A stretch of DNA of 64,000 bases. Source: a virus. Below the pieces are notes generated by a model. The model searched no databases, was not told where the DNA came from, and saw nothing but the letters and a program-made list of their open reading frames with translations. A program made the translations under genes and the position numbers. Within the stretch, counting starts at the first letter, position 1, and every line of letters begins with the position of its first letter. This document shows, piece by piece, positions 40,654 to 52,449 of the stretch. The stretch lies in the IMG/VR virus record IMGVR_UViG_3300032265_001314, positions 27,272-91,271 of that record. One strand, written 5' to 3'.

Positions 40654-40951
40654 TTTAATCTCCAATTGATTCTTTATGTATTTAGTTCTTCTTAGGCATA
40701 ATAGACCAATTTCCATTAATATGGTGATTGTTTGGAAGAACTTTCCAAGAACCAACATTAGGATGTGTTCTGCGGTAAACTAGTTGTTTGAGTTTATCAG
40801 GATTATGTGATCGCCCGTGTATTTCTGGTTTACCCATCGAACCTTGCTTTACTAATATATACTCCATCTAGTGTCTCCGCATTTATTTATAGTATTCCAT
40901 TGACAAAAATCTAACATTGTTATATTATAAAGCATACGTTAGGAGAATAAG

Positions 40952-41221
40952 ATGCGCTATTCTTTGCAAAAAGTAGATGGCTATAATGGCGATAGCGGCC
41001 CTATGAGTATGGCTATCTGGACCGACGGAAACGAAGTAATCCACGAGGATAATGCTCGCCCAAGGGTTGGAGTTGTTATGCGGGTTGGCTCTATGTTCTC
41101 TAGAAGTTATGCCCCACAGGATTGGTGGCAGACCAGCTATATCGAAGAGATACTTGAAGAGCGGCCCGACTATGTAAAGTTTCGCACTAAGAACAGCATC
41201 TACGAATGGCGTACATTCTGA
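40952..41221 (+). CDS. hypothetical phage protein
   Basis: Promoter at 40900 and AGGAG RBS; WWQT..I..I and FRTKNSIY. Confidence 0.6.
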   Translation: MRYSLQKVDGYNGDSGPMSMAIWTDGNEVIHEDNARPRVGVVMRVGSMFSRSYAPQDWWQTSYIEEILEERPDYVKFRTKNSIYEWRTF

Positions 41222-41230
41222 GGAGATGAC

Positions 41231-42433
41231 GTGCATAAAAATCTAAAAGACCTCATCATTAAACAGAATCCAACGCTAGTTGAGGATAGGATTATAATCA
41301 AACGTAGCAGCAAGAAAGCCAAATACATACGCTTTATGAATGGCTGCGGTGTTGAGGACTTTGATCAGTTCCTCGCTATCCTAGATGCTACACAGCTTGA
41401 GCGCACACCTACAGATGAATACACTAGAGCTCCTAGATTCTTTGGTAAAGGCTTTAACCTAAAGTTTAAGGATCACGACATTGGCGTGCTGTTCTCTAAA
41501 CGCGGTGCTGGACACATTGAACAGAAGAAGCTGAGTCCAATGACACTGGGACTTAGTGGTTATAGGACTAGAGATGCCGCTGAGTTCAAACAGAAGATCA
41601 TTGATGGACTTAATGCTGTAGAGCACGACGCAGACATTCGAAACTGTTTGATCTCTACATTATATAATATAGAGGACGGTACACCAATAAGCGACCCAAC
41701 AGGCTTCCTTGCTACAGGTTCAAATGTCAGTATGGTTACTAGCGATTTTGGTGAAGTGCTGGCTGCATATAAAAGTTGTTTGGACGGCAAAGAGATTTAT
41801 TTTCCAACTGCCAGCAACAATCAGATCGCAGACTATTACGAGAATGGTAGACCTATTAGCGCAAAAGGACGCAAAGGCGGTGCGGGTGTTAATCTAGTCA
41901 AATACCGCGACCTAATCGTCTTAGATAATGATGTGAGCAAGTTCCTCTATTCGTTAGCTACACACGATAGAGATATGTTTTTTGAGTATGGTACTAAGAT
42001 CTGCCCGCAAGCAAGGCTTTTAGCCGATTGGGTTGGAGGTACTACCCAAGACGCCATTAGAGAATACGTTAAGACTATTTCATATGATGATTTCTACGCT
42101 AAGGTAGCAGAAGAGATTGGCACACTAGGTATTCCAAGTGGTGATCAACCTAGAGTTATTTGGCTAGATGGTGACATCAATCCCTTTAACTTCACACTCA
42201 ATACAGTCATCGATAGATATTGGGGTAGACATAATAGTGCAGACATTACCGCAGTCGTTGGATCATTGTTAAACAGTGCTACCTTCCTAAAGGTTGACAT
42301 ACAGGGCTCAACTGTTATATTCAATGAGCTAAAGTTTGAAGACGTTAAGCAATGGCAGACCAAGTATTGGGGCAATGCAGTCAATGCTTGGAATAATTAT
42401 ATGAGCGTATCAGCAGCAGAGGACACAGAATGA
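41231..42433 (+). CDS. putative (restriction-like) endonuclease
   Basis: DFGEV...FP..SN..IADY...ISAK (PD-(D/E/S)xK-like); coupled to the MTase. Confidence 0.45.
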   Translation: MHKNLKDLIIKQNPTLVEDRIIIKRSSKKAKYIRFMNGCGVEDFDQFLAILDATQLERTPTDEYTRAPRFFGKGFNLKFKDHDIGVLFSKRGAGHIEQKKLSPMTLGLSGYRTRDAAEFKQKIIDGLNAVEHDADIRNCLISTLYNIEDGTPISDPTGFLATGSNVSMVTSDFGEVLAAYKSCLDGKEIYFPTASNNQIADYYENGRPISAKGRKGGAGVNLVKYRDLIVLDNDVSKFLYSLATHDRDMFFEYGTKICPQARLLADWVGGTTQDAIREYVKTISYDDFYAKVAEEIGTLGIPSGDQPRVIWLDGDINPFNFTLNTVIDRYWGRHNSADITAVVGSLLNSATFLKVDIQGSTVIFNELKFEDVKQWQTKYWGNAVNAWNNYMSVSAAEDTE

Positions 42434-43347
42434 TCACTACCATACAAGGCGATATGTTAGCACAAGACCCCGCTGTTAAAGACGGATCTATTGATCTGCT
42501 ATTGACAGATCCTCCCTATAATATCAGCGGCGATGGCGCAAAGCCTGTATGGATCGATAAGACCACAGGAGAAAACAAAAGCACTATCCACAACCAAAAG
42601 TTCAGCGAAGAGTTTGAACAAGATTGGGACGATGTAAGTCATGATGAGTTTATCCAACAGATGACAAACTGGAGCCGTTTCTGGTTCAAGAAGCTGCGTA
42701 AGGGTGGTGCGTTCGCTGTGTTCATTAGCGATCAATATATCAGTTATCTATGGAAGATAATGGAAGCGGAAGGTTTTGAACCTAAGCGTGTATGGACTTG
42801 GAAGAAGCCCGCTGCGGTTCCATTTAATCGCAAGGTCAATCCGGTCAGTGCTTGCGAGTATATCCTATTTGGTATCAAACCAAAGGGCAAGCGCACATTC
42901 AACAGCGATGCTGTAGAAGGCGGCATCGTCGAGCGTTATGCTTCTGCAGACAAAGTAAGCAGCATCGTTTATAAGATGATGAAAGATAACCCGAGAGCAA
43001 ACCTAGACACTGTGTTCGCTATGGCAAAAGTAGAAGCCACACGTATGTTGGCTGATAGGAAACGCAACGGTAATGTCATAGAGTGCGTGATTCCAAACAC
43101 TATCACCTATAGTGGCGGACTTGGCAAGGACAAGATCCATCCTACACAGAAGCCCACAGAGATATTGGAATATTTCATCGAGCTGCTCAGCAATCCGGGA
43201 GATACGGTATTGGATACGTTTGCTGGTAGTGGTTCTACAGGAAAAGCCTGTGAAAAGCTGGGCAGGAACTGCGTATTGATTGAGCGCGATCCGGCTATGT
43301 ATGAAAAAATGGCAGCGAGGTTTTCCGCTGCCAATCTGTTTAGTTAG
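42430..43347 (+). CDS. N6A/N4C DNA methyltransferase, beta class
   Basis: TDPPY, HPTQKP and VLDTFAGSGST motifs. Confidence 0.92.
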   Translation: MITTIQGDMLAQDPAVKDGSIDLLLTDPPYNISGDGAKPVWIDKTTGENKSTIHNQKFSEEFEQDWDDVSHDEFIQQMTNWSRFWFKKLRKGGAFAVFISDQYISYLWKIMEAEGFEPKRVWTWKKPAAVPFNRKVNPVSACEYILFGIKPKGKRTFNSDAVEGGIVERYASADKVSSIVYKMMKDNPRANLDTVFAMAKVEATRMLADRKRNGNVIECVIPNTITYSGGLGKDKIHPTQKPTEILEYFIELLSNPGDTVLDTFAGSGSTGKACEKLGRNCVLIERDPAMYEKMAARFSAANLFS

Positions 43348-43996
43348 ACACTAGCCTATCCACAAACTCTCTTAGCAGCTTGTGGTGGCGACCTTGATGC
43401 CAGTGATCCTTTATGTATGTATAAGGCTTCTCATACCAGCTCTCTTCACTCTCAGGATGGCATCCTATTAGTCCAACCCTTCCCTGTATGATAGCCATAG
43501 GATCACCATTAGCATAACGACCAACGGTATCAAATTTAGTTTCATCTCCTAGTATGCTGCAACCATCATAGAAGAACATATTCTCCTCGTGCCCGTTCCA
43601 AAGCACAGGAGCAACTGTTCCATATGAGCGACGGATATCTGCGTTGGGTCGCTTTATATATTGTTCAGTGTCTGCCGAATCCAATATATCAAACCAATTG
43701 GTTCCAGCCCAATAAGCGCCCATACAGATACCCAAATAGTGTCCGCCGCCTGCTACATAATCAGCGACGGCATTTTGGGCTTTCCTGCGGAAGAATTTGT
43801 CATAGCTGCTATAATCCCCAATACCGCCCGGAAAGGCGATAACATCGTATTTGTCAAATGCTCCAGCACGGACATCATCTTTTCCAAAAATGTCGATGGA
43901 GTATTTGGGACTAAGTGAACGGATCATACCATCGCAGCACTGTCTTGAGCACTCCGGATGGTTTTGGAATATGGCTATCTTGTGTTTGGGCACCAT
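43340..43996 (-). CDS. BPL-N / class I glutamine amidotransferase-like protein
   Basis: FPGG, YLGICMGAY and HPE motifs. Confidence 0.8.
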   Translation of the reverse strand: MVPKHKIAIFQNHPECSRQCCDGMIRSLSPKYSIDIFGKDDVRAGAFDKYDVIAFPGGIGDYSSYDKFFRRKAQNAVADYVAGGGHYLGICMGAYWAGTNWFDILDSADTEQYIKRPNADIRRSYGTVAPVLWNGHEENMFFYDGCSILGDETKFDTVGRYANGDPMAIIQGRVGLIGCHPESEESWYEKPYTYIKDHWHQGRHHKLLREFVDRLVSN

Positions 43997-44158
43997 GTAT
44001 TTAACCTCTCAGCTTGAACGATAAGTGATTATATGCTAGTATTTGGATTAAATCAAGCACCAATACAGCAATAATCCAAAATAAAATCCTTGACAATCCG
44101 TTGACAAACCTTGCAGACGTGCTATTATAAAGCATAGATTAACACAAAGGAGCTGGTA

Positions 44159-44383
44159 ATGAAGTCCAAGCACGAAACCAATGAACAGTTTGTAAAGCGG
44201 CTCATGAACCACTGCCCAACAGGTGCTTTGGGTCAGGCGTTTATTATCACAGCCATCGAATGGTATGCTAGGGAAGTAATTGATGCGGATCTCAAAGATG
44301 AAGGTGCCAGCTTTATCAATCCAGAAGCTTGGACCGCTACTGCTGAATACGTCTTGGGCGAGCTCAATCGGCAGTATGCTTGA
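44159..44383 (+). CDS. early hypothetical protein
   Basis: Promoter plus GGAG RBS. Confidence 0.65.
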   Translation: MKSKHETNEQFVKRLMNHCPTGALGQAFIITAIEWYAREVIDADLKDEGASFINPEAWTATAEYVLGELNRQYA

Positions 44384-44438
44384 CAGCCCACTGTGATATG
44401 CTATTATATAAACATAAGCTGAAACAAAGGAGAACACA

Positions 44439-44843
44439 ATGGCTACTCGTTCGCGCATTGGTATTGCTAATGAAGATGGTACTGTTACTAGCGTCTATTG
44501 TCACTTTGATGGGTATCCAGAAAACAACGGCAAGATCCTTGTTAAGCACTGGACTGATATCGCAAAGCTGAAGCAGCTAATGGCACTTGGTGATGTGAGC
44601 GTCCTGGGTAAGGAGATTGGAGAAAAGCAAGACTTTGATAACCGCACTAGCAAGGATTGGTGCCTAGCTTATGGGCGCGATCGTGGCGAGGATGGTGTAG
44701 ATGCTATGGAGCATCACTCAGTACCTTACTTCCTCTACAATGGTGAGGAATACAATTATCTCTTCCAAGACGGCAAGTGGATTTGCTTTGCCGGCAAGCG
44801 CATTAAAGATCAAATTAATCTCAACGAATATGTAGGAGCCTAA
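44439..44843 (+). CDS. conserved phage early protein (YCH.DGYP type)
   Basis: MATRSRIG, SVYCHFDGYP and AYGRDRGE; promoter plus RBS. Confidence 0.7.
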   Translation: MATRSRIGIANEDGTVTSVYCHFDGYPENNGKILVKHWTDIAKLKQLMALGDVSVLGKEIGEKQDFDNRTSKDWCLAYGRDRGEDGVDAMEHHSVPYFLYNGEEYNYLFQDGKWICFAGKRIKDQINLNEYVGA

Positions 44844-45315
44844 CATGGATACCAAAGCCACACGTACCATTGAAGTAATAGTGCGACTCACTGTCCTAGA
44901 AGATGCTGACATCCAGGAAGTGATCAGCGAGATGGATTATGATTTCAACCACGAAGCTATCCAGTTGACAGAAATCGTTGATGTGAACACGGAGCTCTAA
45001 AATGTTTGACTTCTTTAATACTAAATTAAAGAGCTACAATATATTGCCGCTGTGGACTACCGAAGTTACATCTGAACCTAGCTCTATTGGGTCGTATGTT
45101 GTGTCTATGACATCCGATGGTGACACTACTCTAACACTCATAAACGGTGGAACGAGGATGACACTGCATATGACTACCGCAGGTACTAAAGAACTAATCC
45201 GCACACTCTCTGCTACTCTGCTAGAAGAGACAAAGACCCCGCTGTCCGCTGTAAGCCACTTGACAGCCCGTGTAGATATGCTATTATAAAGCATAAACAC
45301 AAACAGGAGCACACG

Positions 45316-45591
45316 ATGAAGTTCACACTCGAGATTTACAAGATGGATCGTCGCACTAAAGAGGGTATGCGGATCGTTGGCAAGTATGATTACGACCGCC
45401 CAGATCGTGCTGCGATGGAACGTGAGATCGCAGAACTGTTCCCTACTTACCGCAAGCGCGATGGCTACATCTTCAACGTGGTTGAGACCTACGTGAAGCG
45501 TGTCAATGCGATGAGCGGACAAGAGTTTGAAGAGCGTTACGACACGCCCTACTACGCATCAGCTAGTTCAGAAACCTATTGGAGCGCATAA
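45316..45591 (+). CDS. early hypothetical protein
   Basis: Promoter plus RBS; C-terminal TPYY.S.SSETYWS. Confidence 0.7.
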   Translation: MKFTLEIYKMDRRTKEGMRIVGKYDYDRPDRAAMEREIAELFPTYRKRDGYIFNVVETYVKRVNAMSGQEFEERYDTPYYASASSETYWSA

Positions 45592-46436
45592 AATGAAGAT
45601 TGATTTCCTTAATGGTCCTAAAGTTACTATCTCTGCAACCCCAGACGAATGGGAACTGTATGGTGCTGATACACCTGAACAGGAACAGGATCGAGACTTT
45701 GTTGCCGATGCATTGAACCGAGGTGTTGAGACACTCATCGCCCACGCACCTACCCGCAGAGATATCAATTATAAAGATATCAATCTGCTGTTAAGTGGGT
45801 ATAGTGCTTGGGGAGCAGCCGATACTGAAGGTCACTATATGGTCGAGCGTATCTTAGAAAAGGTATATGGCGATGAATGATATTGCGATAATGGCAGCGA
45901 TGCGTATCGAACGAGCGATCTCCAACGATAATACTGGAATCTGGGAAACACCGGCCGATGTTATCACAGACATCATGTATTGGGCAGAGCAAAACGGCAA
46001 GACGTTTGCAGATCTGCTGAATACCGCCCAAAGCTATTACGACTCAGATAAGGTGGAAGAACTAGAAGAAAACCTTTGACAATCCAAAGGTATGTGCTAT
46101 ACTTAAATTATAAACAAAACAGGAGACTTACGGATGGCAGCGAAAACAACGGCTAATTGGTCTCAAGGCAATAGCAATAATGAGACAGTCCGCAGGGTCG
46201 TCCATACCTGTGCAAATACTCCTCTTCCCCAGTGGAAAGAAATGGTAAAAACAGAGCTCGAAGGTAGCGAAGTTATTTTTGAATCTCTCACGGTACTATC
46301 ATTGCTACACGCTTGGGAAAACGGTGATACACCATATAGCTATGCCTACACTCTAAAGGATAGGTTAAAGCGCCAACGCAATAAGGCCAGTTTCGTTTCT
46401 ACACCTTACCCCTCTAGCAATAACAAGTGAGGTCCT

Positions 46437-46643
46437 ATGGGCTACAAAGTTCTTAGTGAAATGGACAAGAAGTGGCAACCTCGCAAGGATCTCGAGGGGC
46501 CATTCTATTACGCCAATGGGCGTGTGCTCTATTATGATCCCAAAGCTGGTGACTATTGGGATCCTACTACGGACTTCTATGTTCCCCGCGATGAGATCTG
46601 GGAACTGCAAAAAGATACCATCAAGGTCCTAAGAGGAGACTAG
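46437..46643 (+). CDS. hypothetical protein
   Basis: LEGPF...YYDPKAG.YWDP motif; GAGG RBS. Confidence 0.65.
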   Translation: MGYKVLSEMDKKWQPRKDLEGPFYYANGRVLYYDPKAGDYWDPTTDFYVPRDEIWELQKDTIKVLRGD

Positions 46644-46645
46644 CT

Positions 46646-47146
46646 ATGTGCCTTACCACAACAAAATACGGTGTCAATCCTAAAATACCGCATAAGGACG
46701 ATCGTCCAAGGTGCTCAGTAAGAGAATGTAAGTCTCCAAAAGCAATTAAGGGCGTTCTTAAAGATGGTAGTCCAAGCTATCGAAAAATATGTGAGACGCA
46801 TCACCAAAAAGTTACTGCCGGTAAATATGGTTTCAAAAATATAGCAGAAATTACTGCCCAAAGGCAAGGATTTGAAAGTGTTACTGAGTATACAAATTCT
46901 CGTCATCCATATCGTAAACATAGAAAAGATTTTTGTGAAAACATTGACGGACGACTTGGATTTGTTTGCACTGCAACCATTGTTCATATGGTTCAATTAG
47001 ATGTAGATCATAAGAATGGAAATCATTTAGATAACAGGAAACGTAATCTCCAAACTCTTTGTAAATGCTGCCATTCCTACAAGGGATTAATCAATAAAGA
47101 TTATAAGACTCCCGGCCGGAAGACACGCCCAAAGAAAACCGCTTGA
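46646..47146 (+). CDS. HNH endonuclease
   Basis: LDVDHKNGNHLDNRKRNLQTLCKCCH; locally AT-rich. Confidence 0.85.
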   Translation: MCLTTTKYGVNPKIPHKDDRPRCSVRECKSPKAIKGVLKDGSPSYRKICETHHQKVTAGKYGFKNIAEITAQRQGFESVTEYTNSRHPYRKHRKDFCENIDGRLGFVCTATIVHMVQLDVDHKNGNHLDNRKRNLQTLCKCCHSYKGLINKDYKTPGRKTRPKKTA

Positions 47147-48067
47147 CAATCCGCACAGGTGTGCTATTATATAAACATAAGCTAACACAACGGAGAACAC
47201 AATGTCGTTCAAACCACGTGAATACACTAACAAGGTGCTCGAAGCAGTAGCAGAGGGCTTGCTGGATAAGGATATGGTTATCTTGGCTTGCCTCAACTGG
47301 ATGAGCGAGCAGTCTGTAGAACAGATGTGTGATGCTAACTTGTTCTTTGAGCACGAGGAGGATGAGGATGAGGAAGAAGAGTGGACACCATATAACGCAG
47401 ACTTCAACGACAAGGGTTCAATCCATCACTACTGAGGTGCGCTATGAGCAACGTCCGTTTAGGTAAGAGAACTAAAATCACTGCCGTTATGAAGAACAAA
47501 TACTTTGCAATGGGTGTGAAGGATTTCCTCCAAGGCAAAGGGTTTGCTCGTGGATATGATTTTGACCCCGACTTCCAACAGTGGCATTATGAGCGTGGTA
47601 GGCAATTTGCCGCCGCTACCAACGGTATGGTCTATAGGTTAGGTACCAAAGTTAACGACAAAGCCGCCGATGAGTTTATGTCTCTCTACAGCCAAAAGGT
47701 GATCCTATGAAGTATGACACTTGGAAGTTCGCTGACTTTATCGAAGAGATTGTCTATATCTGTGAGATTATTGAAGTCCCAGGCATGAAGGCAAAGCGTG
47801 AGATCATGCTCAGCGAAACTTGGAAACGATTCCCAAAGGAGTCTGAGGAATTGGGATTGACCCGTCCGCAGGCAGAGTGTGTCTGATGGATTTTTGGGAA
47901 GAAAGCCTGAGATATTTCGCTATCTTTGCTTTCTGTCTTGCCCTCGGAATCACTTGTCCACAGCTGACGGTCCGGACTGCCTGCTTAGAAAATATTGAGC
48001 AGTCCAGTTGACTATCCGCTAGTCTGTGCTATTATATAAACATAAGCTAACACAACGGAGAACGCAA

Positions 48068-48412
48068 ATGACCGACATTGAAGCTATCCGCATTGAAATG
48101 CTCAACGAAGCTGCCACTGCCGCTAAGGAACTGTTCAACACCAAGGGCACGGACCATTGGGGTGCTTGTGGCTTTGCTTGGACTACTATCTATCCTGAGC
48201 ACAAGGGCAATACTAAGGCTGGCAAAGCTGAACGCAAGATTATTGAGCAGCTGGGCTTCAGCAAGGACTGGACTGGTAAGGCTTACCAGCTGTGGGACCC
48301 TGCGAACTACGGTGGGCAGAACGTTGACATTAAGGAAGCTGGTGCTATTGCCGCTGCCGATGTGCTCAAGCGTTATGGTTTCAAGGCATATGCCAGTTCA
48401 AGGCTTGACTAA
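48068..48412 (+). CDS. conserved phage early protein
   Basis: ACGFAW and C-terminal SRLD; promoter plus RBS. Confidence 0.65.
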   Translation: MTDIEAIRIEMLNEAATAAKELFNTKGTDHWGACGFAWTTIYPEHKGNTKAGKAERKIIEQLGFSKDWTGKAYQLWDPANYGGQNVDIKEAGAIAAADVLKRYGFKAYASSRLD

Positions 48413-48842
48413 TGGATAAGGTTTATTTGCTCGAAGGTCGAGGCTTTGGCGAAGACGGCAATGATGATGCCTATGGTACCATTGGGATTTATGCCAGTCT
48501 CAATGCTGCCATTGATGGACAGAAAAGTTGGGAGAAACGTATGGGTCTCGTAACTTGGGAACCCGAGGACGATGAAGAAGCCGAAGCTATCAATACTTGG
48601 TTCCGTATACGGGAAATGGATCTACTTTATTAGGAGGTACTGCAATGAAAGAACTGTTCATCCAACATCACGAGAATCTCATAGCTCGTTATTTGGATCT
48701 CTATCCTGATAAGGACTATTCAGATGCCTATGAAGCTACTAGCCAAGAAGCATATGATACCCTTGCTGATTATGTAGCTGATATGAATGACTATTACGAA
48801 GACGCTTACAAAGAAGCCCAATATTCCTAATAGGAGACTCAA

Positions 48843-49172
48843 ATGAAACTGTCAATCGCAATGTATGCTGATCCGGGACACGCTTGGCTCCGGGTTACGC
48901 CCGAAGATGTCTACAGCGTCGGTCTCACCCGTGCTGACTTTACCCCCTACTCTTACCGCGATGGTGCTGACAAATATTGGTACCTCGAAGAGGACTGCGA
49001 TGCGGGTATCTTCGTCCGTGCTTGGGAGAAGGTCAAGGGCACGAAGCTAACTTATCGTAACTTCCATACCAACGGACAAAGCTCAATCCGTAAGCGTCCG
49101 CCATTACTGGACTATCGCACTTGGGACCGTGCTGCTTGGGAGAAGCGCACAAAAGCCTACGAACCTGCTTGA
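48843..49172 (+). CDS. hypothetical protein
   Basis: DPGHAWL...YLEEDCD; AGGAG RBS. Confidence 0.65.
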   Translation: MKLSIAMYADPGHAWLRVTPEDVYSVGLTRADFTPYSYRDGADKYWYLEEDCDAGIFVRAWEKVKGTKLTYRNFHTNGQSSIRKRPPLLDYRTWDRAAWEKRTKAYEPA

Positions 49173-50999
49173 CAAGCCACGTAGATGTGCTATTATGTAT
49201 TATAGACACTAGCACACAGGAGAACAACATGGTTGCCAAGCATTGGACTGAGGAAGGTCTCCGCTTTGCCCTCGATTGCCAAGAGCGTCGTTATGCCGCT
49301 GCTATGGACTGTAAGGACTACGAACTGGCTGAGCGACTGTTAATTGAGCGTAACAAGACTTGGGCTGAACTGTTGGATCTAATCGAAGAGCAGCGTGAGG
49401 AGCGTGAGTTTGAATGGCACAACACGCCCAATTGGACTAGCGCCTGGTATGATACATCCGCTGAGTTGTCTTAACAAGCCATGTGGGAGGCTGCTATGGG
49501 TGTCAGCGCCAAGAGGGGTATGAGCAGGCATTACTTCGACGTTGATCCCAAAGCATACGATTATGTGGGCATGGTCATTGAGATCGTCTACGATGGCTAC
49601 ACCAGTTGGGTCACACAGGTCCTGATCGTTCTTTAGGAGGATGTAATGGAATACGCTAAAACCGATATGTGCCGCACTATCGAAACCTATGCTAAACGCA
49701 AAGGGTTTCCTGAGATCCGCTGCTATGTCGTCACCCAAGAGAACGGTACTAAAGAATACGCTATCTGTGATGATGATACGTGGCTGTATGGTAGCCAGAG
49801 TTCAGAGGCTATCGCAGTCCATATCGACATGATGAAACTGGCTAAGAAGCAGACTTGACAATCCACTGTGATGTGCTATTATGTATTATAGACACTAGCA
49901 AATGAGGTACACGATGTCAAAGGTTGCTCAGTTTTTAGGTAAGCATCCAGGAGTTGATGGCTACACGCTCATCTTCGTATTGGAAGAGATCAGCCGCAGG
50001 GTCAAGGTTAGCCCAGACACGCTACTGAGTGTGGCGCTTGTTGACTCCAAGGCGGCGAACTTCCTCATCCGCACCGTTGCTAAACTCGAACCCAAGGCTA
50101 ACTGATATGTTCACTGTTACCTATTCCTATTATGGCACTTACCAGCACGAGAAGACGTTTGCCAGTGAGACTGCCGCCAAAAAGTTCTTCTGGTTCATAC
50201 AGAAGAAGACGGGTGTGACTAAGGTAGAATGGAGGGCTGCATAATGAATAATGATGATGATTTTCTGAAAGCACTGGGCGCTATCGCATTGTCGCTAGGT
50301 AGCCTAGTCGCTGGCATCACACTCATTGGTATAGGTACCAATATCTATATCGCATTGGGTGTATTCTTCCTTATCATCTATCACAATAGCAAAGAAGGAT
50401 GAAATAGCTAAACCCGCTTGACACGCCACGCAGGTGTGCTATTATATAAACATAAGCTAACACACAGGAGAGCAATATGGGTGAAGTTATTGCTATTGAT
50501 TTCCGTCACCGTTGCAAGATTCCCCCAAAGTATCCTATTGAAGATACTTTTATGTCACGATTCTGTGATATCCTACGCAATCGTGGGCTAGTCGAAGATG
50601 ACATCCTAGATGTGCTCGAAGCTATCGAAGATGTCCGCAAATACCAAGAGCTTGATTCTGATCTCAAATACGTCGTAGATGTGTTCAACAACTGCACCGC
50701 AGGAGTATTCTAATGTCCAAATTTGATCGTTTTGAAGACGCTCTCCGTGTTCGTGCAAGTCTGCACTCACCGGAGTATGCAACTGACTTTATGGTTGGTT
50801 ATCTACTGTCTATGGTCCAAACAGGAAAATCTTATCAGTTTGCCACTGAGGAACTTGAACGCACTATCATCAATTTCGTTCCTTATCATCAGGATGAGCA
50901 GCCGCTGGTAGATCTAATGTGGCAAAATGTCAAGACACCAATTGACAATCCACGCAGACGTGCTATTATATAACATAAGCTGAAACAGAGGAGAGTGCT

Positions 51000-51389
51000 A
51001 TGGGATTGGATATGTATGCTTGGCAAGTGAAACCAGAATATGCCCTCGGTGACTTTGAAGTCAGCCGCGGCGAGGATGACGAGAACTTCCTTGATGAGCT
51101 GCATTATTGGCGCAAGCATCACGACCTCCACGGTTGGATGGAGCGCCTCTATCGTGCCAAAGGCGGTACTAACCCAGACTTCAACTGCGTAAAGGTGCGC
51201 CTCACCTCAGAAGATCTGGATCGATTGGAAAAGGACGTGCGAGACAACCAACTTCCGCAGACCAAAGGATTCTTCTTTGGTGATAATCCTCCCAACGAGG
51301 ACAGCATCCAAAGGGATATGCTGTTCATTAACAAGGCTCGTGCAGCTATCGCTGGTGGTATGGCGGTCTATTACGACAGCTGGTGGTGA
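51000..51389 (+). CDS. conserved phage early protein (MGLDMY type)
   Basis: MGLDMY, YWRKH..LHGWM, GFFFG and YYDSWW. Confidence 0.7.
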   Translation: MGLDMYAWQVKPEYALGDFEVSRGEDDENFLDELHYWRKHHDLHGWMERLYRAKGGTNPDFNCVKVRLTSEDLDRLEKDVRDNQLPQTKGFFFGDNPPNEDSIQRDMLFINKARAAIAGGMAVYYDSWW

Positions 51390-51633
51390 TCGTGGAAATC
51401 GTGATGTGGACATTCGTGGGGCTATGCGGAGTTGGACTCTGCGTAGCCTTTGTGGTACTTTGGGAAAATCTCATAGACCTCAACCAACAGGTGCAGAGAC
51501 TAGAAGCAGATGCTAGGCGAGAACTAGCCGAACGCAAGAGGCAAGAGCGTAGCGAATCGGTATTAAAAGCGCAAGAAGCGGTAGCAAAGCCGAAGATCAT
51601 TAAGCCAATCTCTATGAAAATGATGGTGAGATA

Positions 51634-51945
51634 ATGGCGGAAGCCAGACAAGCTATCACAGCCGTAATCTATGACAGGCGCGGTCGAAAGATCAGTGAAG
51701 GTCGCAATCACTATACCAAGAGCCATCCTTATCAAGCTCGTATGGCTAGAGAAGCGGGCCTGCATCACAAGATCTTCCTCCACGCTGAGATCGAAGCATT
51801 GGTGCGTCTGCGCGATTGGAGCCGGGCTCATAGGATCGTAGTGGAACGCTATGCTAAGAGTGGCGAACCTGCCCTAGCAAAACCCTGTCCTGTCTGCCAA
51901 CGGGCCCTTAGGTTAGCGGGCATTAAACACGTTGAACATACTTGA
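51634..51945 (+). CDS. Zn-dependent nucleoside/nucleotide deaminase family protein
   Basis: LHAE...KPCPVC. Confidence 0.8.
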   Translation: MAEARQAITAVIYDRRGRKISEGRNHYTKSHPYQARMAREAGLHHKIFLHAEIEALVRLRDWSRAHRIVVERYAKSGEPALAKPCPVCQRALRLAGIKHVEHT

Positions 51946-52449
51946 CGATCCACTAAGATGTGTTATTGTAAAGCATAAACAAAAACGCAAGAGGTACAGT
52001 ATGTCAAAAGAACAAATGGTACTCGAAGGGATCAAAAGCTATCTGCGGGCCGCAGGAACTCCCGTCTTTGACGATGAGTTTGAAAGCGAGCCTACTATGC
52101 AGGGCTATATGAAAGCCTGCCATAACGCACTGGAATATATCCAAACACTCGAAACAATCTTTGGAGGTAAAAATGCAGCCGTGGCCAGCCGGGACTGAAT
52201 GTCCTTTTGAGTTTTATCCGGAGTTCAAAGCTCTCCTCAACCAAGCCAGCTATCACTACGCAGATGATAGTGGTAATGAATGGCAGAAAGGTAGCCTCTG
52301 CCTAGAGGATGCTGCCAACATGGCAGCTGATCTCGAACTACCGTTCTGGGTTATCGATCGCTTGGTCCGAGAAACCAAGAGCTTGGTCACACTAGAAACG
52401 TTCATGAGCAAGATGCTCGATTATCTCTACAGGCAAAAAGGAGTTTAAT

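Larger units (their letters stand above)
2441..40891. promoter_or_regulatory. T4-late-like TA(TA)AATA boxes shortly upstream of start codons
   Basis: Examples: TATAAATA at 29265 (+) and 36579-36586 (-); TAAATA (-) at 8887, 12503 and 12522, and before 2382, 3410, 5103, 26919, 33789 and 34896. Confidence 0.6.

Noticed and set aside
33453-45244. CAGCGGGGTCT plus T-run as intrinsic terminators
   Set aside because: There is no complementary arm nearby, copies occur inside genes, and orientation does not follow transcription.
46646-47146. HNH gene as part of an intron or intein
   Set aside because: It is free-standing between intact small genes, with no split host gene or splice motifs seen.
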